This document shows, piece by piece, positions 1 through 11,510 of a stretch of 64,000 nt of DNA; position 1 is the stretch's first letter; each line of letters begins with the position of its first letter. The notes beneath the pieces were generated by a model. The model was not told where the DNA came from, made no database searches, and saw nothing but the letters and a program-made list of their open reading frames with translations. Source of the DNA: Phoronis australis (lineage: Eukaryota; Animalia; Phoronida); contig NMRA01000007.1 of NCBI GenBank assembly GCA_002633005.1, forward strand, positions 2,131,839-2,195,838, in the 5' to 3' direction. The translations under genes and the position numbers were made by a program.

Positions 1-841
1 AAACACCAAAGTTAACTAACTGTTCTCAGAGACTGACGCTTCGGAGGCAGCGGGAAAAGTCAATAGCAAATTGGTAAGAAGTTAAAAGTCAAATTGTACA
101 AGCTTTCTACTTTCAGAAAATATACATTTTTACCGAGTTAAATATAAAGTTTCGTAGGTATTTGCCTAAATACACAGACTAGTCAGTAACATTCTACACA
201 ACTTTAATCAGCCTACATGAGGTGTTAGTCTTGAATACTCATTTTAATAACTTTGTTGATATTTTCCCAGTGACCCCCATCAAACGATATCAACTGATGG
301 AAACAAATTGGTATAATCCAGATGTTAATTTCTAGGTAAGGCTGCAACAGCAAAATCAATATCATGTTGAACACCTGTAGAAATAGAAACCCAGAGTATG
401 TGCGGCAAAATCTACGTTTTTTATCATCTATCAAACTAGGTTGGATACAAGCATTGACGAAGGTGAGATCAAAGTTAACTATTGTTCCTTATGAATGAAT
501 GAAAGATTCTTTAATTTGGCACAATTAATTTTGTTGGTACTTGTCGTGACAAACAATATTTTGAACATATTTTACGATATACAGCTGTCAGCAGCATTTG
601 ATATAGCATTCTGAGCATTGACACACATGTACTGGAAAATTAGGCAATAGCTTTTCTCTGAAATTGATGAGCCTAGTACAAGTAAATGGCAAAAAATACG
701 ACAGCTGCTTTTAGCTTAAAATTGCAATTGCCAGTGCACTGCACATTGATCATAATTTGACAGGTGGCGCTCCATGAATAGTGCAAGTTGTGGTCAAATT
801 TGCTCCCCTCTCAATTTCTGGCAACTACTGCTGGGCACAAT

Positions 842-1510
842 CACAGGCGTCCTCAGCTTCTGATCGTTCCCAATACACTACATGTAATACTACAAGGTAT
901 GACACTCCCGACTAGAAATTCCACGGGTGCTTCACTTCAGCCGTCCATAGCAAATATAAAACTCAATAAATTTACACAAAACAGAGGTTCAACAAACCAT
1001 GAAGAATTGTTCTTTTTCCAGATACCATTCACGATGTCCTGTTCCGGCGACTTCATAAGAAATTCGCAGTCAAAGAACAAAAATGTTCACAAAAAGCCCC
1101 CACACACTTTCATCATGGGCCGCTCGAGGTCAAGGACGGTACGGAAATTGCCGGTGAGTTACGGAAGTACTCGATAGTTTTTCTACTGGCAGCTAAGTGT
1201 AGAGTTATCGACATCGTCCTTGACCTCGAGCGGACCATGATGAAAGTGTGTGGGGGCTTTTTGTGAACATTTTGTTCTTTGACTGTGAATTTCTTACGAA
1301 GTCACCGAAACAGGACACCGTGAACGGTATTGGGAGAAAGAACAATTCTTCATGGTTTGTTGAACCTCTGTTTTGTGTAAATTTATTGAGTTTTATATTT
1401 GCTATGGACGGCTGAAGTGAAGCACCCGTGGAATTTCTAGTCGGGAGTGTCATACCTTGTAGTATTATATATAGTGTATTGGGGACGATCAGAAGCTGAG
1501 GACGCCTGTG
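842..1510. mobile_element. Foldback / long-TIR non-autonomous DNA transposon (P-superfamily-like termini)
   Basis: About 297-bp inverted arms (842-1138 vs ~1216-1510) that begin CACAGGCGTC and end GACGCCTGTG. The 8-mer GGCACAAT is present on both sides (834-841, 1511-1518), i.e. a TSD. This explains the two mirror-image ORFs 788..1177(+) and 1205..1534(-). Confidence 0.85.
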
Positions 1511-2069
1511 GGCACAATGAGATTTGTACGACATGAGAAGGCTAAAAATAGCACTTGCTTACTGCTTGACCTTATGACCTCATTTTTGTCAGTCGCAACT
1601 GTCTGAAATCCCCTTCTCTAACTTGAATTCAATAGAAAATTCAAGAACTCTCCTCATTATGATTTGGAAAAAGAACGACCTGATTGACACAGACATACAT
1701 TTCACACAACTTAAGGAACCTGGCGTGATTGGAAACTGCAAAACCCCTACATGTTCATTGTGATCGCATACAAATCATGATTTTGTGCAAAAAATTGATA
1801 ATTTTGGGTATTTTCGTGGAAGCCAGTTTTACTTCCTACAGTCATCAAAGAAAGAACAAATGCAACACTAAGCAAATTAAAAAGTGGCATGACCTGTACA
1901 CTTGTGCCAAATTTCACCAAAGTCCAATCAGGTTTTTAAGACATGGACCAGACACCTGGACCACATACTTTAAATGGTTACATATCTAAGTGCATGTTGT
2001 AATCAAATTTATATGACCCATAATGCCAAACCATTTGCTCCAGATTCAAGGGCTTCAGACCTGCCCATC

Positions 2070-2357
2070 ATGCAGCTCGACAGATGGACTGACGACGAGG
2101 ACACCTATTGCTGCTCATGGCAACTAACTGCAGCTCTGGCAACTTTGGGAATAATAGTGTTCCTGATCGATAGGATAAATCTCCACTTTAGCATCCTTCA
2201 AGGCAACAACCCGTGGGGTGAATACAGAGAGGAGTATGCTGTGCCCTTTGTAATCAGCATCTTGTTTGTACTGCAAGTGGCAGTGGGAACCTTCTACTGT
2301 ATTCATAGGCGAATCACCAAGCAACCAAACACAGCGGGTGATAAAATAACTGTATGA
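2070..2357 (+). CDS. Small two-transmembrane protein (95 aa), unassigned
   Basis: MQLDRWTDDEDTYCCSWQLTAALATLGIIVFLIDR...YAVPFVISILFVLQVAVGTFYCIHRRITKQPNTAGDKITV*. It has two hydrophobic helices followed by a basic flank, and a splice acceptor (ttgctccag, ending 2043) lies just upstream. Candidate upstream exons are 30-73 and 271-335, both ending in GTAAG donors. Confidence 0.5.
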   Translation: MQLDRWTDDEDTYCCSWQLTAALATLGIIVFLIDRINLHFSILQGNNPWGEYREEYAVPFVISILFVLQVAVGTFYCIHRRITKQPNTAGDKITV

Positions 2358-3181
2358 AACACAACATTGAAACCCTGAGGATAGAACATTTTACAGATTC
2401 TTGTCAAAATAAGGTTCCCCTTTACCGCCACAGTGAATGAAACAAAACAAGAACTGTACTGCCAAAGCCATCGCCATCTCATTCCAGTCATTTATGTGTA
2501 AAGAGTAACTGTGAGGTGATCTAAAACTGATGTGATCCAAACTGACTGACATAAATCAACACAGTGCACGCAGAGACTGATATTCGGGTGGTCACTTTGC
2601 CCCTGTGACTCGGGTCACAACGTCATTTTGAATACCTGAGCAGGTATCCACTAGTTTTCAAAGAATTTGTAAATGTTCCACATTTATTGCTTGAAACTAA
2701 TTTGGTATATACAGTTGGCTTATGAAAGAGACATCCACAATTTGTAGTAGCATGTGAATTATAGAAATTTGCAGTTTAAGGTTACATGGGATCTTAGAAA
2801 AATTACAAATTTGGTAAAATGTGGAATGTCATATCTCAGAAATGGTGGATCAGACTCTGTTTTTCATGGTAAACTTCAAGATATGACCATATGCAATGTG
2901 TACTGTTCTCCGAAGTACTGTCAGAAACTGTTTTCAAAATACTTCACTTTTATATGAGAATTAGTGACCCAAAATTAAAGAAATTTGTTGATGAAAAAGA
3001 CCACCCGCAAAATGCCAGACCAAAATCTCGAGGGTCGGTCTCGTTTCTAAATCAATGGCATTCAAGTACAAATTAGGTCATCAGGTTAACTGTTGACATC
3101 TTTTCTCAAATCACATCAACTTATGGCAGCATTACTCAGCGACAAGATGGCATCAAGATCAAGGAAGGGATGTATACATGG

Positions 3182-3730
3182 AAAATGATGACATGTTGCA
3201 TGATATTGCCGACTTCTTTCATTAATTGACTTTTCTGTTTTGGTTCAGAACTGGTACTGTATTTTCCTTCATTCAGGCCTTTCAACTGCTATACGTGCAA
3301 TTTTAATTTGCAATGTCAATATTTGGGCAAAATTGGGTTATTGTTTACAATCCGACTCTATTAACGTACATACTTGATACTATTTTCTGAATCCTCTAGT
3401 CACTCAACATCGGCTGCCGCAAATTAACACTGCATAAAAACAGTGAATGCACGAATAAGAAGAGCCTAATTGGTACGAGTAATACATTTTGGAATCATAA
3501 TGACGAGAGNAAATGATGACATGTTGCATGATATTGCCGACTTCTTTCATTAATTGACTTTTCTGTTTTGGTTCAGAACTGGTACTGTATTTTCCTTCAT
3601 TCAGGCCTTTCAACTGCTATACGTGCAATTTTAATTTGCAATGTCAATATTTGGGCAAAATTGGGTTATTGTTTACAATCCGACTCTATTAACGTACATA
3701 GTTGATACTATTTTCTGAATCCTCTAGTCA
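3182..3730. other. Haplotype overlap duplicated across a single-N contig join (n at 3510)
   Basis: ~3182-3402 recurs almost identically at 3511-3730, and ~3398-3509 recurs at ~4287-4398. Confidence 0.8.
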
Positions 3731-4472
3731 CGATGATTCCAAAAATGTATTATTTGTACTGATTGGTCGCTTCTTATTCATAATTTCCAAGTTTTTCCAA
3801 GGCATTCATTTGCAACGCGGATTTAGTGAGGCAGCCATTTTTAAAAGTGCGACACCTTTTGGCAAGATTGATAACTAACAGTTATCCTAGACTAAAGTTG
3901 ATTCGATGCAGAATGTGTTTCTGTGTTCGCGTATTTTAGCCTTCTAGTGATTTTAGTTATCTTATTGCCAAATTCCACTTGTTTGAAACAGTTTTTTTCG
4001 GAGATGACACATGCCCGCCACAACAAGAGCCGAAATCATGTCCGCGAGATGTCAAGTGTTTTCAAGGACGACATTTGTCCATGAGAACACGCACTCACGT
4101 GTTTTTCTGAGGAAGCTTTGAAGAGGCAATCCTTTAAAACTGACTATTACTGTTTTTTTTACTCAGAGTTTCCCTAATGTGTCACACGATATCTTCAATA
4201 TATTACCCAATTTTGGGATTTTCTGACACACACATGATCATTTTAGTTATCATTCCTGCCGAGAGGTGTCACACTTATAAAACGGCAGTCACTCAACATC
4301 GGCTGCCGCAAATTAACACTGCATAAAAACAGTGAATGCACGAATAAGAAGAGCCTAATTGGTACGAGTAATACATTTTGGAATCATAATGACGAGAGGA
4401 TTCAGAAAATATTAATATCAAGTTACCAAGTATGTATGTTAATGGAGTCGAATTGTAAACAATAACCAAATT
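3659..4472. mobile_element. MITE with ~120-bp imperfect terminal inverted repeats
   Basis: aattgggttattgtttacaatccgactctattaac...cttcttatt (3659-3779) is the reverse complement of ~4343-4472 (aataagaagag...gtaaacaataaccaaatt). Confidence 0.7.
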
Positions 4473-4531
4473 GAGTTCCACAGTTTAACAAACTTGCCTG
4501 TAAATACTACTAACACTAACAGTAACACACA

Positions 4532-5261
4532 GGCCAGGCAGGTGCTGGGGTCTACTTTCCAAGCCTTCCTGTTGCAGATGCAGAAAACTGGGTATCGCTA
4601 GGCAATCTTGCCACGGTGTTTCAGGCTGAGATCACTGCAATTAATACAGCTGCTCACCTGGCACAACAATATAACCCTGAACTTGGCAATCAGCCAATTA
4701 CCACCTTTTCAGATAGCCAGGCAGCAATAAAAGCCCTAAAGAAACTAAGGATCAACTCTCGTTGTGTTAATGCTTGTATTAATAAGCTTAACAAGCTTGC
4801 AATTGAAAGAACCGTACGCTGGGTCAGGGCCCATGTGGGAATTGATGGCAATGAGAATGCAGACAGACTCGCAAAGATAGGAGCAAGCGTTCTGCATTTT
4901 GTGCCTGAACCTGCTATCCCAGTATCTTACGGATGTTGCAGGATGAGTATACGCAACTGGGTACATACCCAATCAGTAGCCCAGTGGCCATCACTTAACT
5001 CCTGCAGAGAGACCAAGGAGAATTTTCCCAACGTGATCGAACCAAAAGGTTCAAAAAGCCTTCTGAGTCTAGATAGATTGGGTATAAGACATGTCATTCA
5101 AATTTTGATGGGCCACTGCAACCTAGCCCGACACAGACACATTACTGGGCATATGGGGAGCCCTGTGTGTGCCGAGTGTGGTACTGACGAAGAATCTCCT
5201 AAACACCTGGTAGAGTCTTGCCCAGCTTTTTATAGGCTAAGGAGCAACCTACTGGATGGCA
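4532..5261 (+). mobile_element. Non-LTR retrotransposon ORF2 3' part: RNase H plus C-terminal CCHC (LOA/I/R1-group), 5'-truncated, runs into N gap
   Basis: RNase HI motifs AGAGVY...TVFQAEITAI...FSDSQAAIKAL...WVRAHVGIDGNENADRLAK, followed by LMGHCNL..H and the zinc knuckle CAECGTDEESPKHLVESCP. The frame is open to the gap. Confidence 0.9.
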
Positions 5262-5482
5262 NNNNNNNNNNNNNNNNNNNNNNNNNNNNNNNNNNNNNNN
5301 NNNNNNNNNNNNNNNNNNNNNNNNNNNNNNNNNNNNNNNNNNNNNNNNNNNNNNNNNNNNNNNNNNNNNNNNNNNNNNNNNNNNNNNNNNNNNNNNNNNN
5401 NNNNNNNNNNNNNNNNNNNNNNNNNNNNNNNNNNNNNNNNNNNNNNNNNNNNNNNNNNNNNNNNNNNNNNNNNNNNNNNNNN
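5262..5482. other. Assembly gap (N run)
   Basis: 221 consecutive N. Confidence 1.
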
Positions 5483-6042
5483 CAATTAAAGACAAGTATA
5501 AGTGGTGGCATTTTGGAAACGAACATTTGACAAGACCGCAATGGCTCACCTTTGGCCTATTTAAAAATTATTGAGGTTATGAAGTCACATCACCCAGCGA
5601 GCGCGGTAAAAATTGGAGCGTGCGCAGTACAAAAATTTTGATTTCACGATTTTGGGAACTGAAATAGGGACTGCTCGAAGAAAAAGTTTCATAACGGGAG
5701 TATTTGTTCGAGTTGGAAGGACTTAAACACATCGACAACCTCCTAAGCGACCTAAGCCGTCCTAAGGTGTTCCTCTATGCGCAAAAGGTATTTATAACAA
5801 CGTGACTTTGATGGTTTAGTCGGTGCGAAAAGCTCCAGGCGTACAGAGCGCCTATAGCCTCTACATCGCTTCTGGTTCGGGCCAACAGAGGCGATGGTCA
5901 TTGCCTAAGTTAAGGCGATGGTCATTACCTAGCCTACCGTGTCCGTGTGTGAGGACTCACAGATACAGCTAACTGGCTAAGTCACCTTCTTCCTGACCAA
6001 CCATCGCGGTATAGAGACAAGGATTCAGTGGGGTATACATAC

Positions 6043-6144
6043 CTTTTTACCACCCAATTCCAGAATATTTGACAAACCAATCTCAGAACTTGGAGTTTTC
6101 GTTCGCTTTAGCTTCCGATTCTTTTTTTCACGTGTTGTCGCCAT
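6043..6144 (-). CDS. CEBPZ: Probable first coding exon of CEBPZ/Noc1/Mak21 (ribosome-biogenesis CBF protein)
   Basis: aaaaATGGCG start; MATTREKKNRKLKRTKTPSSEIGLSNILELGGKK followed by a phase-0 donor AAG|GTATGT. The ending resembles the N-terminal LEEVLRLGGTK motif of vertebrate CEBPZ as I recall it. I found no further CEBPZ exons in the window. Confidence 0.5.
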
Positions 6145-6799
6145 TTTTAAAGCACAACCGCGCTGTGTAGTGGCACTTTTTGGAACTAGCAGGGTGCTGC
6201 AGCTGTGCGTGAACTCGGAAGCCTCGTCTCAATATCGCTTATGTTGAACTTGGAATTGAATATTCATTTGGGCAATCAACTGAAAATTTTTTGTTCAGTG
6301 TAAGGAATTTTTGTAATTATTGGCCTCATGACTATCCATTTTCACCTTTATCGTAACTTTTTCCAAATAATCGGAAATTATGTGAATGGTTTAATCTGGT
6401 GAATAAAATCGCCACCATAGTTGAAAAAAGATATTGGTTGAAATTTACTTTATCTTATTAACATGTAATTTGATTTGGTGCAGTGCAAATTTTTGTCAAC
6501 GTGAACGTGATTATTTGAGTGAACTTTTCAAGTTTCCACGTGTGTTCGAAGTTCACGCTTACGCGATCTTCATATAAGCAAGATTCCAAGTTCAAGCACA
6601 GCACTGCCAAGGCAGTAGCGGGCGGCAGTCGGACCACAAACCTTAGTTTGTTCGCCGGAGTACAAAGTTGTACAAACATACAGGTCTGGAAGAATGTGGC
6701 TAAATCTGACGAAATATAATTTGACATATAATTAATTTTACGCCTATCGTTTGTCGCTATATAGTCATAGTTAATATAGTCAGAGCTCAACGTGGTTCT

Positions 6800-7100
6800 T
6801 GTCGACTGACCGCTCTGGGCGGCAAGCTGCCGCCGGCCTGTGAGTGGGCGGTAACCCGGCGACGTAAGCGGGTCGACGCCGCCGGGGTGGTCTCGGTGAT
6901 GCTAAATTCAAATTTAATTGATCAATTTTATAGGAACCACTTCACATTGAAAAGTGTTACGTTATTCCTCATCTGAAACAAGCTGCAGCGATGAGAAATG
7001 AGTCAGCTACCTGACGCCACAACCGGCGGGACCGGGCCTGGCGGAGTAACAACAAGAGGTTGACCTTATAGTGGGCGGACCTGATGCGCGTGAGGCAGGG
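6800..7100. promoter_or_regulatory. GC/CpG-rich island with GC boxes and short hairpins upstream of the CEBPZ-like exon
   Basis: Local GC enrichment, several GGGCGG boxes, TGAGTCA near 7000, and hairpins ggcggc-aagct-gccgcc and cccggcgacgt...acgccgccggg. Confidence 0.35.
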
Positions 7101-9423
7101 GTTCTAGTCTTTCAGTAGCGTATTTAGGCTCCCTTGCCCATCGAGAAAAAAATAGTACAAATGACACGGATTTTGTTATAGGGATGCCCCCCACTCCTAG
7201 TGACGGGGAGCCGCATCCGCCATTTCTTTTAACTGAAGGGCAGCCAGTCAGGTGTTGTTATGTTAAATCGTTTATTTCATGAGCACAAATAAATGCAACT
7301 GGTAACATTACTACCCTGCCAGAAATCGAATTAATACTTTTTGGCCCATGCATTGACACACAAAAACATTGCCTCTAGTCTCGCGTATTCAACTGGGCCA
7401 GTTCTCCGGTGTGATTGCGCGCGCTTTTGAACCATGCCTTAGAACCCGTAAGCAAGAACATAACGTCAGCGGTAGCTAATTCGCGGTTAATGGGTTTTGA
7501 AACAGTGGTCGGACCTCTTTGCTCGGGTGAGTTTGTTAGCCCCGAAAGTTTGGCGGATCACCATGAAGAAAATTCTCGACTGATTTGCTGCGATACTGCA
7601 GGGGGCTTTGTTATGTGTGATTTTAGTGATACAATCTGGAATTCTGAAATTGTTGACTTGGACCCTTTTTGGTAAAAAACCCCTTGATCCGACCCCGCTT
7701 TTAAAAATCATGGATCCGCCCCTGGACTGCATTAATGTAATTAAAAGTATTCAACAGGGTGTCACCGAAGAGTAATGGTTGGAATAAGCGGGGACCTGGG
7801 AAAACTATCCAAATGCAAAACTGAAACGAGTTTCGACCAGGGGTCGGAGTTTGCAGTGAACAGTAAGACAATGGCCCCGTTGCGACCACTCCACATGGCT
7901 ACGGTAGTGATTATCTGAAAGTTTTACTAACGAATTTCAAGGTCCTAAGTCAACGTATTGACTGAGGTAAAAGAGCTTTTATCGTTTTTTTTTTTCAGTA
8001 CATGTTTAATACTAAAACCATTACAGGCTACCACTGAAATGCACCAGAATTTACGTTATCATCTTCTGATAATTTTTTTGGGAATCTCAAACCCCGTGGG
8101 TTACCTCGACTCATGAATTACCCCGGTTTGGTTACCCACGGTCCAGCATTCGGCACGCCGTGCATTTTGGAACCACCGAAAGATTCCACCCTGGAAAATA
8201 TGGATGACTAAAGACCTATCAAGTGTTCGTTTTCTTAATTTATGGGTCCACGAAAATGATTCTTAAATAATTTTTGCCAATTATAAAAAATCTTGTATAG
8301 AATTCATGTTTCTGTGGATTTTCGTGTAGGTTGAAATTAAGCACTGTCGCAAGCGGGGTGCAACCAAAGTTCTCGAAGGTAAAATATTCGGGTATCCCCT
8401 AAAATATTTTCGGTCGAGTCCAGATCGAAGGGGTCAATTAAGTCCGCCTGTGAGCTTCGATGTTTAGGTGCATTTTCACGTAGGCTGACGGAATTCGGGA
8501 AAATCTTCGTTATATGCCCACAACAGCCTCGAAACAGCAAAGTCCAGATACGCCTATGCCCTTCCTAATTGTACACACATTTTTCAGAATGCATGCCATA
8601 GGCCTGCTTTTGGAACCGTGTTTATATTTTTCTGTGGTTTGAAGATGTCCCGAAAGAACAATCCGGCGTCCAGTGAATGTCAGCCAGAGCATCGAGTTGG
8701 GAAATAGAACTGTTCGTTAAAAGCACTTTTCGAGCTTATCTAAAGCATTTGTTCCGCCTAGAACCGGTAACTCCAGTAGAGGAGAGAGAGACTTATCAAA
8801 TGCAAACATAACAGTCCATTAATTATTTTCAAAGGGAAAGTTTCATTTTTGACGTTCGCATTTACAGTTAAACATTTGTTTTTAAAATCACTGAGTTCCC
8901 GATTCCTGAGCATATCTTTAATAATACAAAGCCTGCGTCGTAATTTCAGATAGACCGAATAACAATATGGTAAACATTGTGACACCCTTTTTGTTTTTAA
9001 AAAAGTCCTCCCCAAAGTGAGCTCGGATTTCCTTTTAAGATACAAGATTGTAAAAAACGTGCCAATTTCCGAAAAAGTGCTTCAGGGTCGTATTCTGTCA
9101 GTCGAATTTATGCTTTTGAAAGACCGGGCACTTTTGTCAAGGAACTCTTGGTCGCATGCAACATCTATGTGCATTCAACTGACAATATTTCCGAGCTCTT
9201 GTTTCTGTGTGAAGTCATTTCAAAACACCAAATTCAAATGAAATTAGCTCCAGTAGTTACGTCATTTCTATGCTCTCTGAGATTGAAACCTCGCTGGTGT
9301 GTTTGTATAGTTCGTTTCGTATCTTCGGGGCCTTTCCGAGAGAGGTTCCGTTAATAAGCAAGAGTAAGATGTTCCAAAAATTATGTTGAAATCAGATGGA
9401 CTCACTTCCATCAATTTTTTAAT

Positions 9424-9551
9424 TTATGCATCCTATCACGTTAGATGGGGACTTCTTTTTGGCTCAGAGTTTAGTAACAAAGATAATTATGCATCCTATC
9501 ACGTTAGATGGGGACTTCTTTTTTGGCTCAGAGTTTAGTAACAACGATAGT
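9424..9551. repeat. Tandem duplication of a ~63-bp unit
   Basis: ttatgcatcctatcacgttagatggggacttctttttggctcagagtttagtaacaa occurs twice, head to tail. Confidence 0.9.
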
Positions 9552-10005
9552 TATTAATTGGAATGTATTTGTGATCACAATCTATCCATCAGCAACAATG
9601 TCATAGCAGCCTCGTCTTCGTTTGTTGCTCAAAGAACGACTGCTGGCGGGCACTGAGCATGTTAGATTTGTTTCATGAAAAGTGATTTAAAGTGGAACTT
9701 GCACGCTAATTCCTCTGTGATTGGTTGGTCAAATTAGTTACAAACACAACATGTAGCGACGATGTGAACATGAAGTACGTTGAAAATTGCTAAATGTTTT
9801 TAAGAAGGAGTTTTGTGTCGAAAATGATCCACCGTAAATCACTCAACCGTGTCCAGTAAGTATCGTGATATGGTGTTTGGGAATAACACTGCATGATTTG
9901 GGATATGTGAGCCCGAAAGGTACGTCACTAGTGCAAAAGTCGTCTATTTGCGTAGTTTTTTGGTTTCATATTTACAAGTTGTCAACGAAATACAACTGCA
10001 CTTTA

Positions 10006-10164
10006 CAGGGGCGGATCCAGGATTTTGAGTTAGGGGGGGGGATAGGGTACAGTATTGGTCAGGATTTTGTCCGTCAGACATTCACACTCCCGAACTACCA
10101 AATGGAATTTGGGAGAATTTTAGGGGGGCATGGCCCCCTTGGCCCCCCTCTAAATCCGCTACTG
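10006..10164. mobile_element. CAGGGGCGGATCC-type MITE with 5-bp TSD
   Basis: TIRs caggggcggatccag / taaatccgctactg, with CTTTA on both sides (10001-10005, 10165-10169). A solo end of the same type lies at ~7712-7724. Confidence 0.75.
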
Positions 10165-11510
10165 CTTTAAACAAGAGTAGTTGGTGTTCAAATGGGATTG
10201 TCGTTTAGTTCCTGCTATACATTAACCTAGTAAAGAGCATGAAAATATAAAAATCATCTTTAAGACGGAATTTTTGATTTACGCTTCTACTTCACACTTT
10301 CAGGACCATGTTCTTGACAAAAATCGTTAGAAAATGACATAATTTATACAAGTTATCTGAGCTACCAATTGCATGTTTATTTTCAGAGACCTTGTACGAC
10401 ATTATTCCTCAAGTCTGTTTTAAAAAGGTTGGATGGAGCGTAAGACGAAAATTCTCATTCGTGAAATATGTGTTCTTCAAGCTCCATAGCAAAATTGTCA
10501 GAAAGTTTTTTGAATTATAAATGACTTTTTATAAACCGGATACCTGACCTGCTCTTGAAAAGCAACTCGCCCTAACAAGACGAAGTGGCAGCCGTCTTAA
10601 CAGATTTTGATGGGTCAATAGGCCACGAATATCAATCAGGGTCTCGTTAGCGAAGCTGATTCAGTGCTTATGTTGTCTGCTGACATAGTTGTGTTTTCTT
10701 CCCAATAGCCTCCAGTACAGGAATTCTAGCTAACATCGTTAAATCAGCGTGGGAGTGGTTTCGCAATGATTACATGTACGACTGAAGCTTGGATTTTCCG
10801 ACTCAACCAAAGCTAAACATAATGATTATTCAACTAAATATCAACTTTTGTACCAACATATAAAATGCGCCAGTTAAAGTTCGAACATTTTGTTACTAGC
10901 TTAAAATTTGGTGCGGACGAAAGTAATTGCCAAAATGTTTCTATTTTTCAGGTAGACACAATGTCAAAAAATATCAAACGTTGCTCGGAAACAACACTGC
11001 TTCATACTGAACAAAACATGTAAATTTTCTTGTTGAGAAATTTGACAAAATGAAAATCTCACTGACTCGTCCATAATATACAGATCGTCAGAAACAAGAA
11101 GGCATTTTCTACCGGGACAGTATTTCGATATGTCTGTTACTGTGGCTGGCGTAAGTGGTCGTTCACTAGCGCCGTAGGTTTGAAGAGTGATCCGAAACAG
11201 GCACATTGACTGTACCTTTGCTGAAAACAAGCGAAGCAGTCCAGAGATTCGTTTCCACATATGCGTTCTCGATCTCCCATAAATGCATACTTGATTTTAA
11301 TTCAATGAAAACTGCGCAGATTGTTCGATAGAAGTCAACATCATCTGGGGACTAGTAGGCCTACAACTTTTAAGGTACAACATCAGCCCATCTTTTGCCA
11401 ATGAAAAAATAACTTTTGGTTTCAGGCAACTCTAGAGTTATGAAACGGGTTTCAGCTTGTTTCAGGTCCTGGGAAGACTACTTGACATGACGACTACCCC
11501 GGTTATTCCC

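Noticed and set aside
326-375. Minus-strand GVQHDIDFA as a possible CEBPZ C-terminal exon
   Set aside because: The match is very short, there is no good donor, and the intervening ~3 kb of CEBPZ CDS is absent.
788-1534. Pair of near-identical ORFs on opposite strands (129 aa and 109 aa)
   Set aside because: They are a by-product of the palindromic foldback element and show no protein-family motifs.
2070-2357. CEBPZOS orthologue (small ORF antisense to CEBPZ)
   Set aside because: The sequence and two-TM layout do not resemble CEBPZOS as I recall it; only the position is suggestive.
5815-5960. tRNA-like or structured RNA (catcgcttctg/cagaggcgatg hairpin containing ggttcg)
   Set aside because: No cloverleaf forms. 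A hairpin followed by ccgtgtccgtgtgtg looks like the 5' remnant of a DINE-1-type element with a small tandem duplication.
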